From NCBI RefSeq assembly GCF_006345805.1, contig NC_043012.1:47988001-48052000 (forward strand): DNA of 64,000 nucleotides. The letters run 5' to 3'. Position numbers and translations under genes: made by a program. This document shows, piece by piece, positions 25,481 through 39,459 of this stretch. A model generated the notes under the pieces. The model was not told where the DNA came from. It worked only from the letters and a program-made list of their open reading frames with translations, and made no database searches. This DNA comes from Octopus sinensis (taxonomy: Eukaryota). Every line of letters begins with the position of its first letter. Position 1 is the first letter of the stretch.

Positions 25481-26295
25481 ACGAATATCTTGAGAAAATT
25501 ACTAAAGAGACGCAATGATTTACATTGCATGCTTCAAATTGCCTGCAATGTAAAAGAGCCAGATGTTTCTGGTTTCATTTCTTTAAAAAAAACTGTATAT
25601 AGTGAGCAAGTAAAATAAAAAGGTTAATGAGAGAACTCAGAGCAGTACAGATAAGCTATCATCCTGCAGGTTACATTTTGGAGTCGGATTTTATTTGCTT
25701 GTATGTATCTATGGATGTATGTATTAATGTGTACAGATACGAACGACTTCCATATGCATACACATCCAAGGTAAAAGAAAAAGTGTCCTCTGTTTGTTAT
25801 CAACATATCTTTTGTTTCAGCAACAGAAACGTGCCGTTCAACTACTTTAAATAAAATACTATAGAACTATGAATTATACAGAGATCACTATTACATAAGA
25901 GGATTTACCTAGAAGACTTTGTTCTCTTAATCTGACTTGTAAACACTTTCCTTTCATGTATTTTATACTGACAGTTCTCTCTCTCTCTCTCTCTCTCTCT
26001 GGTTCTCTCTCCATTTCTCTCTTTCTCTCACTAATTCTATCCTCCACCACTTTACCTATATACTAAGTCATGTATTGATCTATCGATCTATCATCAATGG
26101 TTCACTCTATCTACCGATTAATCGGTACATTCATCAATATATTTATCAATATATCTTTATCGACCAACCAATCAATCTGTCTGTAATAGTATATTAATCT
26201 TTCCTTGTGTCTATATAACATATAACTACCTACATACCATATATGAGTGTATATATGTGCGTTCGTGTGTGTATGCCATCTATTAAACAACATAC

Positions 26296-26364
26296 ATTTC
26301 TATGAACTATATATATATATATATACATACATATATATATATACATATATATACATATATATAC

Positions 26365-26408
<44 letters not shown>

Positions 26409-26675
26409 GAGAGCTCTCTACCAAGTGTTTATATCTGTTATACTATCATGTACTATATATTAAATACATACGCATATACACACGTATATATAGGTGTATG
26501 TTCTGTATATATTAATGTATAAAAAAATATCCCTATTTTTGCCCTTCTTCCCCCTCTGACTATATATACATACATTTACATATTTACTTATATATTTACA
26601 CACACAAACACATATATATATATATACATACATATATATATATATAGTATGCGCGTGTATGTATATATATATATG

Positions 26676-26769
<94 letters not shown>

Positions 26770-27295
26770 TGCCTTTATCAGATTAATTAATAGAAATTCC
26801 GTAGCGTATTTTTTTCATTTGGCCTAAAAACAGCAAAATTTACCGTCGAGACAAATTGCCTCATGCTACCTCTTCTAATGATGCCCCCATCTAAGGTGTA
26901 ACATATGCATTTCACGACCTTCTTTCGTATTCACTTGGTTCACGTCTATGTAAGAAACGATTATTTACGAATAAACCACGATTTAGAATTATTTATGGTA
27001 TTTTGTTCCATTAGTAATAAAAAAGAAAGGAAAATTGGTATAGATTCATTGTAAGAGGATAAATATTTATTTATCTCACACACTTCTGAGATAAATAGAT
27101 TCAATTGCCTGTACTTTGGTGATCAGAGAGCTATTTGATGACAGAAGATCGATTATACTAACTTCGAATGAATGCAAACCGGATTAGTATGTTTGCATGC
27201 CTTTCTCAAGCACACTAGAGACACACGTGAGTATATGCATGGTTCCAGATATATATGAGTTGTAAAAGTGGGCGCGTGCATCTATGTATGTCTCT

Positions 27296-27348
<53 letters not shown>

Positions 27349-27733
27349 ATTATATATATAATATTATATATATATATATATAATATATATATATATATAT
27401 GTGTATGAGTGTGTGTCTGTGCTGTGTCTATATATATATTTGTGTATATGTATATAAATACACACAAGCGTAGATTTCCATATGCTCAAACACACACACA
27501 CTCACATATGCACATATGCCAGTGTATTTATCTTTCTATCTATCCATTTATCTATCTGTTATTGAATATGTTTTAACACAAAAGATATATACGACTGATA
27601 TTGAAAACAATTTCATATATGTACACTTATAACTCTTTGGGCATATATGTGTGTCTATGTCTCCGTGATTGCGAGTGTGTGTGTGCGTATGTGTCTGTGC
27701 TTGTGTGTGTGTGTGTGTGTGTGCGTGTGTGTG

Positions 27734-27769
<36 letters not shown>

Positions 27770-28126
27770 TGTCCAATATAGCGAAAGCCGAAGCTTACGA
27801 GGAGGCACTTCTCGGCCAGCTTCCTCTCAGTTCTTCACTTTTATAATGATGCTTAGGAGAAGGCAAAGAGCAACACATCAACTTACTGCCACCTATAATT
27901 GCATTAGGTGATCGCTTGGTGAGGGATAGACGTCATTTCGAAGTATTAAGTCGCTCAGCCTTGTTTCTCACAGTGTTCATTGAAATATATAGACAATTAC
28001 TGCTCCAGCATGGGCATAAAAGAATGGTTGAAGCCACTGGAAGTTTTGCTTATTTACCATTACCAGATGTAGATATGCGCGTAAATTCAGAAAAAGAGAG
28101 ACGTATAAATGTACTTATACATTAAG

Positions 28127-28175
<49 letters not shown>

Positions 28176-28254
28176 CATATATATAATATATACATATATA
28201 CATATGTATATATATATATATGTATCCATACATATATACATAGATATAGCCATC

Positions 28255-28326
<72 letters not shown>

Positions 28327-28929
28327 CACACACACCGCGTAGATACTGCACGCGCCAGTAAAGCGATAGCAAACAAAATCGCACAACTAACATCCCCCAC
28401 CACCATCACAATTATCTGCACCACCACCACCACCACCCGCGCCACTGCGTCGGTTCGACGTCTGCCGTAGAATCATGAACAAACGTGAATAGCAATTTCT
28501 TGCATGAAAAACAATGTCATTGTATCTAAGTATCATTCCTTATTCACTTATTCAACAAAACAGAAAACGAAAGTGAAAATATACATCAAATAAATAGAAC
28601 AATACACTCTAAGTGTATACGTGACCATCGAAGTGTCCCGGAGAAGAAGTGATTTTTATATAAGAATCCTTATGACATTAAGTGTCTTAGAGACATGTTG
28701 ATATTTTCACCTGAGAGCTATCCTGATTTGAAGTGCCCAAAGAGACACTAATATACGTTGGTATTTTCATGCGCTAACTGTACTGACATTAAATGTTTCT
28801 CAGACAAGAAAAGCCATATAAGTATGCGATGAGCTTTCATTGATATAGTGTTATGTATTACGATTTATTTAGATTTTGTAGCTTTATATTTTACTGTTGT
28901 GATGTTTCAAGTAGAAAACAGCTAAGCGC

Positions 28930-28963
<34 letters not shown>

Positions 28964-29411
28964 TATATATGTGTGTGTGTGTGTGTGTGGGTGTGTGTGT
29001 GTGAGTGTGTGTGTATGTGTATGTATGTGTGTATATATACATATATATATATATATATTTGTATATATATATATGTATATATATATATACATACATGTAT
29101 ATACATATATTTAAATATATACATATGCACGTATATGCATACATACGCGCACGCACATATATATGCAGACAAACATGCATTTCTAAATACAATCGAGTAT
29201 TTCTAAATACATACACATATACACCCATACATATGTACATACACATATACTCACATACATACACACACAAAGACACGCACATATACGTACATATACATGT
29301 ACTTACATACATACACAAATATGCGCACACACACACATACACACACACATATATATACATACATACACACATACATACATACATACATACATACATACAT
29401 ACATACATACA

Positions 29412-29444
<33 letters not shown>

Positions 29445-29460
29445 GTATATATATATATTT
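26296..29460. repeat. Cluster of long (AT)n, (AC)n, (AG)n and (ATAC)n microsatellites (similar blocks recur throughout the window)
   Basis: Read directly; source of the YI/HT/CV pseudo-ORFs. Confidence 0.95.
28335..28470. promoter_or_regulatory. Short CpG-rich unique segment, possible regulatory element
   Basis: Locally CpG-rich in a CpG-poor background; no transposon match recognised. No transcript evidence. Confidence 0.25.
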
Positions 29461-30114
29461 CGCTTCATCTTTTGTCGATAATACATACACTGCTCAACAT
29501 ATAAAAAGTGGAGATGGAGATAAGGCAATCTAATATATGTGTTTTGATGACTGATATAGATTCAAGCTACGTTAGTAGTTACGAATATTAATATTAAATT
29601 AATTAAATAAATATCATTTTAACCCATGCGAAGCGATGTGTATCTATAACTAATTCACATTAATCAATAGATGAAAGGTGGTTGTACATCTAGTTTTCTT
29701 TTAAATGAAGTTATATGCTACAAACAATCCGTGGCATAGATGTTTGCTCTTGTATTCAAGCCGAAAGTGGAGTTCCATATACATCAAAAATTTACTAGGG
29801 TTTCTCCCCACAGTGTGCAGCTATATAAAATGTGATATATTTTGAAACTAGGAAAAAAATGGGGTGGGTGCTTGAGCGCGTGTGTGTTTGAGATTGTTTG
29901 GGGGTGGAAGTGTGATTTTTGGGGTCTAATTGCGTGAGCGTGGTAACGGGCACGTGTTTGCAACTATATATGCATATGTGAAGCAACGACAGTTTTAGAA
30001 AAAATATAAAAATAAGTACATGATGGAAATCGAACCGGTGAGTGTGTTAATTAATAAGGAATTAAAACAGAATGGCTCTCCCCAGACACAATAATATATG
30101 TATATATATACATG

Positions 30115-30705
30115 ATGGCTGCCCCCCTCGTTATCGAGTATGGCCATTACACGAAGCTTAACTGTTATTGGTGCTGTGATCGAATGTGACTTTTTAGCCC
30201 AGCTTAAGATCTACAATGTGTTGTACAGAATTGGCAGCCAAAACCTTTACCTTAGCCGGCTGTAGTTGTAACTGGGTTTCATGTACCTTTGCATGTCGTT
30301 TAAGTCCTTCTACCGAATTACACTCTCTTCCACATGCCTGGCAGATATGATTAGTATGGTGTGTAACACTACCACCAGTGGCCAGGTTATCACTCATCTG
30401 TCTCACTTTATGACTACAAAGATGACTCTTGAGTCCAGCTTTACTGAGACAGAGGTTTGCACAGAGTCTGCATCATAGGAAGACCCTTCCATCTGGAAGT
30501 GTAACAGCGATACCCTTCTACACACCCCTCTTTACTTTCTAATGCGTAAATCGAGATTTCTCAAAAGTACCTGTCTCCTCGTGCACAATCCTTCTCCACC
30601 TGCTACGATGTCCTCCCATGTGTCCGGAGAGATGCAAACATCTCTTAAGGAAGCCTTCAGCAAGTCCTTATACTCTTTTGGGGTTTATACATACATACGT
30701 CTAAT
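30115..30705 (-). mobile_element. RTE-type LINE 3' end with three C2H2 zinc-finger motifs
   Basis: RSRWRRIVHEETGTFEKSR, then CRLCANLCLSKAGLKSHLCSH, CQACGRECNSVEGLKRHAKVH and, after a frameshift, CQFCTTHCRS*AGLKSHIRSQH. Confidence 0.78.
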
Positions 30706-30727
30706 TTTGAGGGTGTATATACATGTA

Positions 30728-30793
<66 letters not shown>

Positions 30794-30835
30794 ATATATA
30801 TATGTATATATATATAATTATATATAATGTATGTA

Positions 30836-30887
<52 letters not shown>

Positions 30888-31031
30888 GAATATATAATAG
30901 AACGAAATGTTTACACCTGGTAGCTCACTGGTAAAGCACGGTCACTCCCACAGTGATCGTTAGGAATATAGCAAATGAAAGACAGAAGATGGAATATACG
31001 AGAATTTATTACTAATTACGACATGTGTCCC

Positions 31032-31450
31032 TTGATACCCCTTGGCTGAGACACTCAGAATTTGGTTCAGGAGCATCCAGTGGTGCAGATGTAACTCGTC
31101 ATGTGATAAATAAATAAAACTCATTAAAATGACTGTTCGGCAAAGTAACTTTCCGTTTTGTAGAGAGAAAAGCAACCAGACGGAGGAAATATCTTCAGTT
31201 ACATTGAAGATCAAAAATAAAATCACAGATGGCAAAAAGGGAAACGAACACGCAATCTTTTTGCTATCTCTGATTTTATTTTTTATTTTCTCTATAAATG
31301 ATGATATTTCCTCCACCTGGCTGTTTTCTCACTACAAAACAGAAAGTTACATTGCGGAACAGTCATTTTAACGAGTTGTATTTATTCATCATCTGATGAG
31401 ATGCATCTGCATCACCGGATACTCCTGAACCAGTTCCCAAGAGGAATCAA
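31032..31450. repeat. Fold-back palindrome / MITE-like element with about 200-bp arms
   Basis: ggttcaggagcatccagtggtgcagatg... (31064) pairs with ...catctgcatcaccggatactcctgaacc (31431); arms continue inward to an ~18-bp spacer near 31240-31257. Confidence 0.88.
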
Positions 31451-31523
31451 TGCTAGGTGAGTCAAAACAATTGTCGTGGTTAATAATAAACTCTTGTATA
31501 TTCCATCTTCTGTCTTTCATTAA

Positions 31524-31572
<49 letters not shown>

Positions 31573-31608
31573 ATATAGATATACACACACCACACACACC
31601 CACACAAT

Positions 31609-31695
<87 letters not shown>

Positions 31696-31697
<2 letters not shown>

Positions 31698-31805
31698 CCA
31701 ATTAAGGACTGAACACGAAAAGTGGACAGTCAACATGCTAGATATAGACGTCAAATCGCCATTCACCACAAAAGATTATGTTCTCAGATCAAACTCAACA
31801 CAAAA
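31696..31805. repeat. ~110-bp interspersed repeat embedded in (AT)n, copy 1
   Basis: ccaattaaggactgaacacgaaaagtggacagtcaacatgctagatatagacg..., nearly identical to 33510-33620. Confidence 0.8.
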
Positions 31806-31851
31806 CACAACACAACACATATATATATATATATATATACATATATATATA

Positions 31852-31997
31852 GTTAATCCAAACAAGAAAAAACAAAAAAACACAACGCGAGAAGGAAAGC
31901 AGGAGGGTTCAAAGTTTCGAGCGGAGCTCTTCGTCGGAAACATAAGAGAAGGCAAGATCCAGAGAAGGAAAGACAGAGGAAAAAAATCGCCAACGGT
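31852..31997 (-). mobile_element. Solo PLE-type terminal repeat with a CCGA-variant hammerhead motif (31907-31941)
   Basis: Minus strand GTTT-CCGACGA-a-GAGC-tcc-GCTC-GAAAC-tt-t-GAAC; homologous to 39691-39877. Confidence 0.7.
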
Positions 31998-32007
31998 ACA
32001 CACGCGG

Positions 32008-32058
<51 letters not shown>

Positions 32059-32059
32059 C

Positions 32060-32280
32060 TCTTTACTCTTTACTCTTTTACTCCTTTACTTGTTTCAGTC
32101 AGTTGACTGCGGCCATGCTGGAGCACCGCTTTTAGTCGAGCAATCCGACCCTGGGACTTATTATTTGTAAGCCAGCATTTATTCTATCGGTCTTTTTTGC
32201 CGAACCGCTAAGTGACTGGGACATAAACACACCAGCATCGGTTGTCAAGCAATGCTAGGGGGACAAACAGAGACACACAA
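32060..32280 (-). mobile_element. SINE family A, 3' half
   Basis: tactctttactctttt...gactgcggccatgctggagcaccgc...gccgaaccgctaag. Confidence 0.85.
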
Positions 32281-32316
32281 ACATACACGCACACACACAC
32301 ACACACACACACACCA

Positions 32317-32415
<99 letters not shown>

Positions 32416-32899
32416 GCCCATCCTGTCGCTGTTTGTTCGTTCGAACCTCTAACTCCACAGAAATTTTTATTTTTTAAAAATTTCTGAATGCTACTGTTTA
32501 CTGACGTTTTCCTATATTGTCGTCGAAAGCTCCAAATAAGGAGTAATACTCGATGGGTTAGACTTCTTGTTGTATTTTGTCCGGTACATCTCTCTCATTA
32601 TGCGTTCATATACGTTTCATTCGTTGGTGAAGACTTGTTCTTATTGTATATGCTTTAGTAATTTGCTCTGTATTTATCGCTCGGTTGTCTACGTATTTTT
32701 CACTCGTTGCTCATGTCCTGTACTTGATGGATTATATATATATATATAATTAAAATTAAAAAAACACCTTTTATCAATTCAAATTGAACAATTAAATTAC
32801 ACCATGTAGAAAATTATATATAATAGAAAAGTTAGAATTAAAATGTAAAGATTAAGTAAATTGCAAAAATAATAAAAACGTATATAATAGGTAGAAAAT

Positions 32900-32943
<44 letters not shown>

Positions 32944-33039
32944 TATATATATATAATTTTAATCCAAAAGGGAAACAAAAAAACAACAACAACAGGAACA
33001 ATTACAGTATATTATTAATAGGCGCTAGGAGATGAAATA

Positions 33040-33072
<33 letters not shown>

Positions 33073-33077
<5 letters not shown>

Positions 33078-33372
33078 TGTGACCGACCAGGCTATTATAT
33101 GTTGCTACATATCGCTGGTCACAATGCGCTTCGCATAGTTTTAGCCTTTCAAATGACGCCACCCCGCTGGCTAAGCGAGCAGGCCAACAGAAGAAAGCGT
33201 GAAATTTGTAGCGAAAGTATATAGCAGGGATCGCCGCCACCTACTGCCGGAGCTTTATGGAGCTTTAGGTGTTTTCGCTCAATAAATACTCAAAAAGTCT
33301 GGTCTGAGAATCGAAACCGTGATCCTACGACCGCGAGTCCATTGTTCTGACCACTGAGCCATTGCGCATCCA
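33073..33372 (-). mobile_element. tRNA-derived SINE, family D head with a distinct tail
   Basis: Minus strand gtggatgcgcaatggctcagtggtcagaacaatggactcgcggtcgtaggatcacggtttcgattctcagacc; head similar to 35550 onward. Confidence 0.75.
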
Positions 33373-33422
33373 CACACACACACACACACACACATATACA
33401 TAATATATTATATATATATAAT

Positions 33423-33509
<87 letters not shown>

Positions 33510-33511
<2 letters not shown>

Positions 33512-33620
33512 CCAATTGAGGACTGAACACGAAACGTGGACAGTCAACATGCTAGATATAGACGTTAAATCGTCATTCTCCACAAAAGATTATGTTCTCA
33601 AACAAACTCATCACAACCCA
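33510..33620. repeat. ~110-bp interspersed repeat embedded in (AT)n, copy 2
   Basis: ccaattgaggactgaacacgaaacgtggacagtcaacatgctagatatagacg... Confidence 0.8.
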
Positions 33621-33624
33621 AGCA

Positions 33625-33657
<33 letters not shown>

Positions 33658-34627
33658 GGTGGATCCGGTGTTTTATTATCTGCTGAAAGATCACGGTTTC
33701 GATTCTCAGACAGTTCGCTGCTTTGTGTTCTCGAGCAAAGCAGTTCTGTTCACATGCGCTGCGATCAATGAGGTATTGCGTACCGTATACCGATACAGGC
33801 AATGGCGATTTAATGGAAAGATAATAATAACGTACAGGACATGCATTTGATATAAGCATATCAACTGTGCCGTTAGTTTAGTCAGATGTTGAACCCTCAT
33901 CTATCATTTTCAACAGGGGAATCTACTATACGCCTGAATTTGTGTGTGTGTTCTGCATATAACGATGAAGATACAGATATATTTTTGGACGCAGAGTATA
34001 TTGACGCAAAGCTGTTCCACTAGATAATGTTCATGAAACGCTAGAACTATAGCTAAATCAGTATAACGGTGAATTTAATAGTACTATTTGGTTTTGAATA
34101 ACAGTGAAATTAATGAGATTACTCGGGCGAGATCTGCTGGAATTAACTTATTCTTTGATTAACCGGATTTCCCTATAAGACATGCCAGTATACTAAGTTA
34201 GAAGCAATCGAATATAGTTCGATTCTTTCTTTCAAAGAAAAGCACTAATGGCAGTGAGTAACCACTTTATAATATTGAGTATAACTAACAAATAGATTTC
34301 TAAGCTGTAGTTCTCTTTGTTAAATATATCTGCTGTGAATCTTACAATGTTCAGAATTCTGCTTACCAGAAGCAGTTTTGCAGAGTTCGAACTTGAAGTC
34401 TATCATAGAATATATCCGTAGTATAACTTTTTAATTCTTGGAGACCATAACTATCTGGATCGAGCCTTAATCCTGACAATAATGTTTGAGCTTTATGTAC
34501 TGGTACAAAGAACTTCCGCGTACTGTTCCAATATATTAAATATATATTCATCTATCTGCGCATACATACATACATACATGTGTGTGTGTGTGTGGCAAAT
34601 ATAAAGGTCACATTTAAACCCACTCAT

Positions 34628-34675
<48 letters not shown>

Positions 34676-34922
34676 GTATATATATATATAGATATAGATA
34701 TATATACAGAGAATTGAGAATATGATAATAAATTGACATTTGTCTGTTAAAACTCTCCGTTTCTTATTATATACCATATTGAAACATACCCATATATGAA
34801 CTACGTAATATACTGTTAATTAATTATGGACTCCTGAATATTTCATTGATATATAAGATTAAAGCGGTGAAGCTTGGATGTTAACATCCCTTTTTAAGAG
34901 CTAACTGTATCCGCAAAATAAG

Positions 34923-34961
<39 letters not shown>

Positions 34962-35034
34962 TAAATATATACATATATATATAGATATATATACACACAT
35001 ATATAAATAGATAACATATATATATAGATACATT

Positions 35035-35097
<63 letters not shown>

Positions 35098-35549
35098 ATG
35101 TGTGTGTATGTATGATGTATGCATGTATGTGTATGTAAGTATGTAAGCAGTGAGTTTCTTTCAATCTCTGGTTTCTGCCGTCTCGTGTCTGTAGAGAAGA
35201 TACTTTCCATATAGTGGAAATAAAACACAAATCATGTAATCAGGAAGGAGACTTCCTATTTCACAACTGTTTCTGCACTTAAATTGGTTTACATGAATGG
35301 GTTTAATATAAATTTGTTCAAAGAAATCTTAGAGTCGTAAAGAAGACATTTCGTTATTGCTCGCATTGTAGTCTTTGGAATGTTATTTAGTCACAGAAAA
35401 CGTTATGGTTAAGTTTGCAGGAACTATTCGTAATTCCATAATGATCAGATATCTACCACCTAGTGCAGCAATGAATATCTTGAAAATTTGACTTAAATTC
35501 CTTTTATTCCATGCATTTAAATTGTTTAAGTGAATTTAAACATAAATGC

Positions 35550-35850
35550 GTGGAGGCACATGTCCTAGTGGTTAGAGTAGCGGACTCGCGGTCGAGGGAT
35601 CGTGGGTTCGAATATTCAGACCGGGCGATGTGTGTTTATGAGCGAAAACACCTAAGCTCCACACGACCCCGGCAGAAGGCAATAGCGAACCTCTGCTGAC
35701 TCTTTCGCTACAACTTTCTCTCACTCTGTCCTCATGCATCTTGCAGCTCACCTGCGATGGACCGGCGTCACGTCCAGGTGGGGAACCTATACGCCAAGGA
35801 AACCGGGAAACCGGCCCTATGAGCCACGCATGGCTCAAGAAGGAACAAAC
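35550..35850 (+). mobile_element. tRNA-derived SINE, family D
   Basis: ggaggcacatgtcctagtggttagag A-box, gggttcgaat B-box, cctgcgatggaccggcgtcacgtccagg core shared with family C. Confidence 0.85.
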
Positions 35851-37077
35851 GAACATAAATGCCTGTCAAAGGTTGGATAGCCAAATTATTGTTGTTAACC
35901 GATGTCCTCGAAATATTTTTAAAATTAAGAATCCTGTACAATATACAAATCTAACAAAATATCTGTAGTGATTAGAAAGTCTTAAAAGTTTCAGATAACA
36001 TCTTAACATTGTTTGGGTGATCCACTTAAGATTTATGGAATGAGTAGGCATCAACATATTAAGAATTTTGCGAGAAAAGTTAATCTGGAAATGATCAATA
36101 TTCGAAGAATATGGTTTAGGACTAGTACTTAAAAAATACTATTTAATATTTAACGGCAAATGATAAGATTTCACATGTCTTCAAGATTCTTATGAAAGAG
36201 CTGGCCAGATAATATTTTATCATTATATCATTTGGGTAAATAGATTGGATGAAATGCACGCCCCCGTGCCACTACATTTGCCAGCTATATACAAACACGT
36301 CCATACTTATTCAAGACATAAGGCACGCATTCGTATATATATGAACTATCACCACTCTCACTATGTATAGGCATGTACAAGTACACATATACTCAAGGGA
36401 CACATTCTTATGTGTGTGTGTGCGTGCTAGTGTGTTGTATTTATGCATATATATATATATACATATGAATAGATAGATTGATATATAAAGATACATATTC
36501 AAAAACACACATATTTTGGTCTGTGAGTACCTACATACAATATTATATATGTATATACATACGTATATATATATATATGTAGTATATATATATATGTGTG
36601 TGTGTATGTGTCTGTGTGTGTATGCGTATAGACAAAACACACACGCTCATGTGTATATATATTATATATATATATATACATATACATATGTACATACAGT
36701 TATATATATATATATACATATATATATGTATTTATGTATGTATGTATGTATGTATGTATGTATGTGTGTATAAATTCGATCAGTTGGATATGAAATCCTT
36801 TGAAGTGACGTTGACAGTATTTGATACACACCTGCTGATAATATTTCATAGGTCAATATGGCTATTCAGCATTACACTACTCAGCTTCTCTTTGAAGTAA
36901 CAGCACAAAACAAACTCTGCTGTAAACATATGTGTGTCTTCAAGTATGTATATTTGCATCATACATATACATATATTTATACATACATATATACTTACAT
37001 TCACAGATAGATACATATATATATATTTGTACGTGACTGTAGATATATATATATGTGTGTGTGTGTGTATATAAATA

Positions 37078-37118
<41 letters not shown>

Positions 37119-38955
37119 GTGTGTGTGTATGCATATAGATATACACATATATATACCTATGGATATATATATATATGGATAAGAGAATGTACGTCCATGA
37201 TTATAAGTAAATGTATGTATATATGTGTTTCTGTGTATGTGTGTCTGTATGTACGTGTATATGTGTGTGTGTATGTGTATGTGAGTATGTACTTCTAGAG
37301 AAGTAGGTAGTATATGTTACTTCAATAAGAATCATTTGAGAAGGATGTGCTGACAATGTCCTTCATAAAAGAATGGCGACAAGTGATCAATTATTGCATG
37401 TACAACTGTACTTCGCCGTGTTCTATAGATGTACGCTGTAGTACAGTAGTACATCTTTGAAGATTGAATTGCTTTAGTTCACTATACACACGATAATACA
37501 GCAACACTGCAGTGAAGTGGTATACCGTGGGGTACTGTTAAATTTGATGTCCACTATTACATCATATTCCGGTTTTACTTTGGTATCCTCTACTCTCAGA
37601 CAGAGTATCGATTCTAGTTTATAGCTCTTTTATTCTCATTCCATGGATTAGTTTGATAATCAATCATAGTGCAGGAATTAGTTTATAGTACAGTGCTAAA
37701 TTGTAGGAAAATGCCAAAATATCAGTGGTGGCATGTAATATTACAACATGAATAGATGCAAGCATTTGAACGTTTTAGAGTAAGAATGTTACAGTGGATA
37801 ACTCTTGTTGAAGTTGAAAATGAATGAATTGTAAATCTTATCATATCGTACACTGACTTCAGATACTTTTGTAAGAAATATTTAGATTGTTGTAAATGCA
37901 CTTGTAATGATTACCAGACAGATGTCTGCCTTGACAAAATAATTAAATCAAGAAATATTATTGCAATCACATAATTGGTGTTTTATTTCTTTGTATTATT
38001 ATTCTTTTCTTTTTATTTCTGGTTGACAATTTTCTCGACTATATGTCGTGTGAAGGATAGTGTTCATGATTTGTTTTCATTTAACGTTCAAATTAACGAA
38101 CAGTTTAGAGGGATTTGTAAAATAAATTATTTCTTATTTCGTTTTCAACTTCTTTAGACCATAACAAAAATAATCTTGCGTAAAATTTCGGCGAGACGTT
38201 TTAATTTAAATCGGAGCACTTACAAAAGACAAAGTTTATATAAAATCATAAGCGGTCTCAAATGAACTGCCACCAAAATATTATTCAGGTATATATGAAA
38301 TCAGTATAAATGACCAAAAAATATGAATGGTGCTCTTTTTTTAAAAGCTATTGATGCATTCATGAAGTAAAATTGTCTCGGTTGTCTGAAAAGAAATTCT
38401 GGCTCTCGTCGAAATATAACTGCTGTTCCGAGGCAATTAGATTCATTTTCTGATAATGAACAGCAAAATTGATTCAATCAATTCTTGTATGTCTAATTCT
38501 TGTTTTATTGACTTTGAATACATGGAAGGCAAACAAGAACGTTGTGATATAAGGTAAGATCTGGTTAGGTTTTAGAAATAAAATAGTAATTGGTCCCCTT
38601 TAAGTGGGTCATATTTATTACCACCCAAAATGGGTATAATAATGATGATGTTTTTCGAAGGGAAATTATAAAAAGTTATCGCCGTTTCTCATTTCTCAAA
38701 TATATTCGAAAGCGTAAATTATTGCAATGATAGAATCAAGAATCTTTCGATAATATGTAATTTTCTAGATGGTATTATTTAATTTTTCATTATTGAATTG
38801 ATAAAAGGTGGGTTTTTTCTAATTTATATAAATATATATATATACATACACACAGATAGAACGAGAGCGAGGGAGAGAGAATGAAAAAGAGCTAGATAAA
38901 TATATATCCATACATTTTTGCATTATATATACATGTAAATATATATGCTTATATA

Positions 38956-39442
38956 CGAGGAGAAGTCAAAAGTTAACTGCACTCTTTCTATAACAATCTT
39001 TATTATTGTCACAGTGTCTTCTGCGCATGCGTCTTTATAGTAGGTTCTATTGTTGTCACCTGATCGAAATTTGAGCATGATCGCGTTATTTTCCCTCCTG
39101 GCTTTACAGTGTTACCATGGCCTCTCCAACAGCAATGTGCACCAAAGAATTACAAAGAGCAGTGATCCGAATTCTCCGGTCCAAAAGTGTCACGTGCTGA
39201 AATATATCGGAGGCTTTTAGCACAATACGATGACAGTGCATTACCGCATAGAAGTGTGTATGAGTATATGGAGAGGCTTAAAAGTGGCAGGACAAAAAAG
39301 GTAAACGAAGAGGAAGTAGGATGCCCATCAAAATTCACCGCTGATTAGAAGATTCAACAAATGACAGATATCACCATGACCATCTCTCGGATAATGGAGA
39401 TATGTTATGGCGAAAGTGCGGATAACTTTGGATTTCCCCTCG
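38956..39442 (+). mobile_element. Internally deleted mariner (487 bp)
   Basis: TIRs cgaggagaagtcaaaagttaactgcact / agtgcggataactttggatttcccctcg with TA TSD; retains transposase N-terminus (QRAVIRIL, EIYRRLLAQY, RSVYEY..RLKSGR). Confidence 0.88.
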
Positions 39443-39459
39443 TATATTCCGCTTTTCGC

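Noticed and set aside
27778-27849. Protein-like IAKAEAYEEALLGQLPLSSSLL** read as a terminal exon
   Set aside because: No polypyrimidine tract upstream (GA repeat) and no recognisable homology.
26230-29533. Many YI/HT/CV-rich ORFs here and throughout the window
   Set aside because: Dinucleotide and tetranucleotide repeats lack stops in some frames; no coding signal.
38522-38559. ATG...AG|GTAAGA mini first exon (MEGKQERCDI)
   Set aside because: Too short, with no promoter or partner exon evidence.
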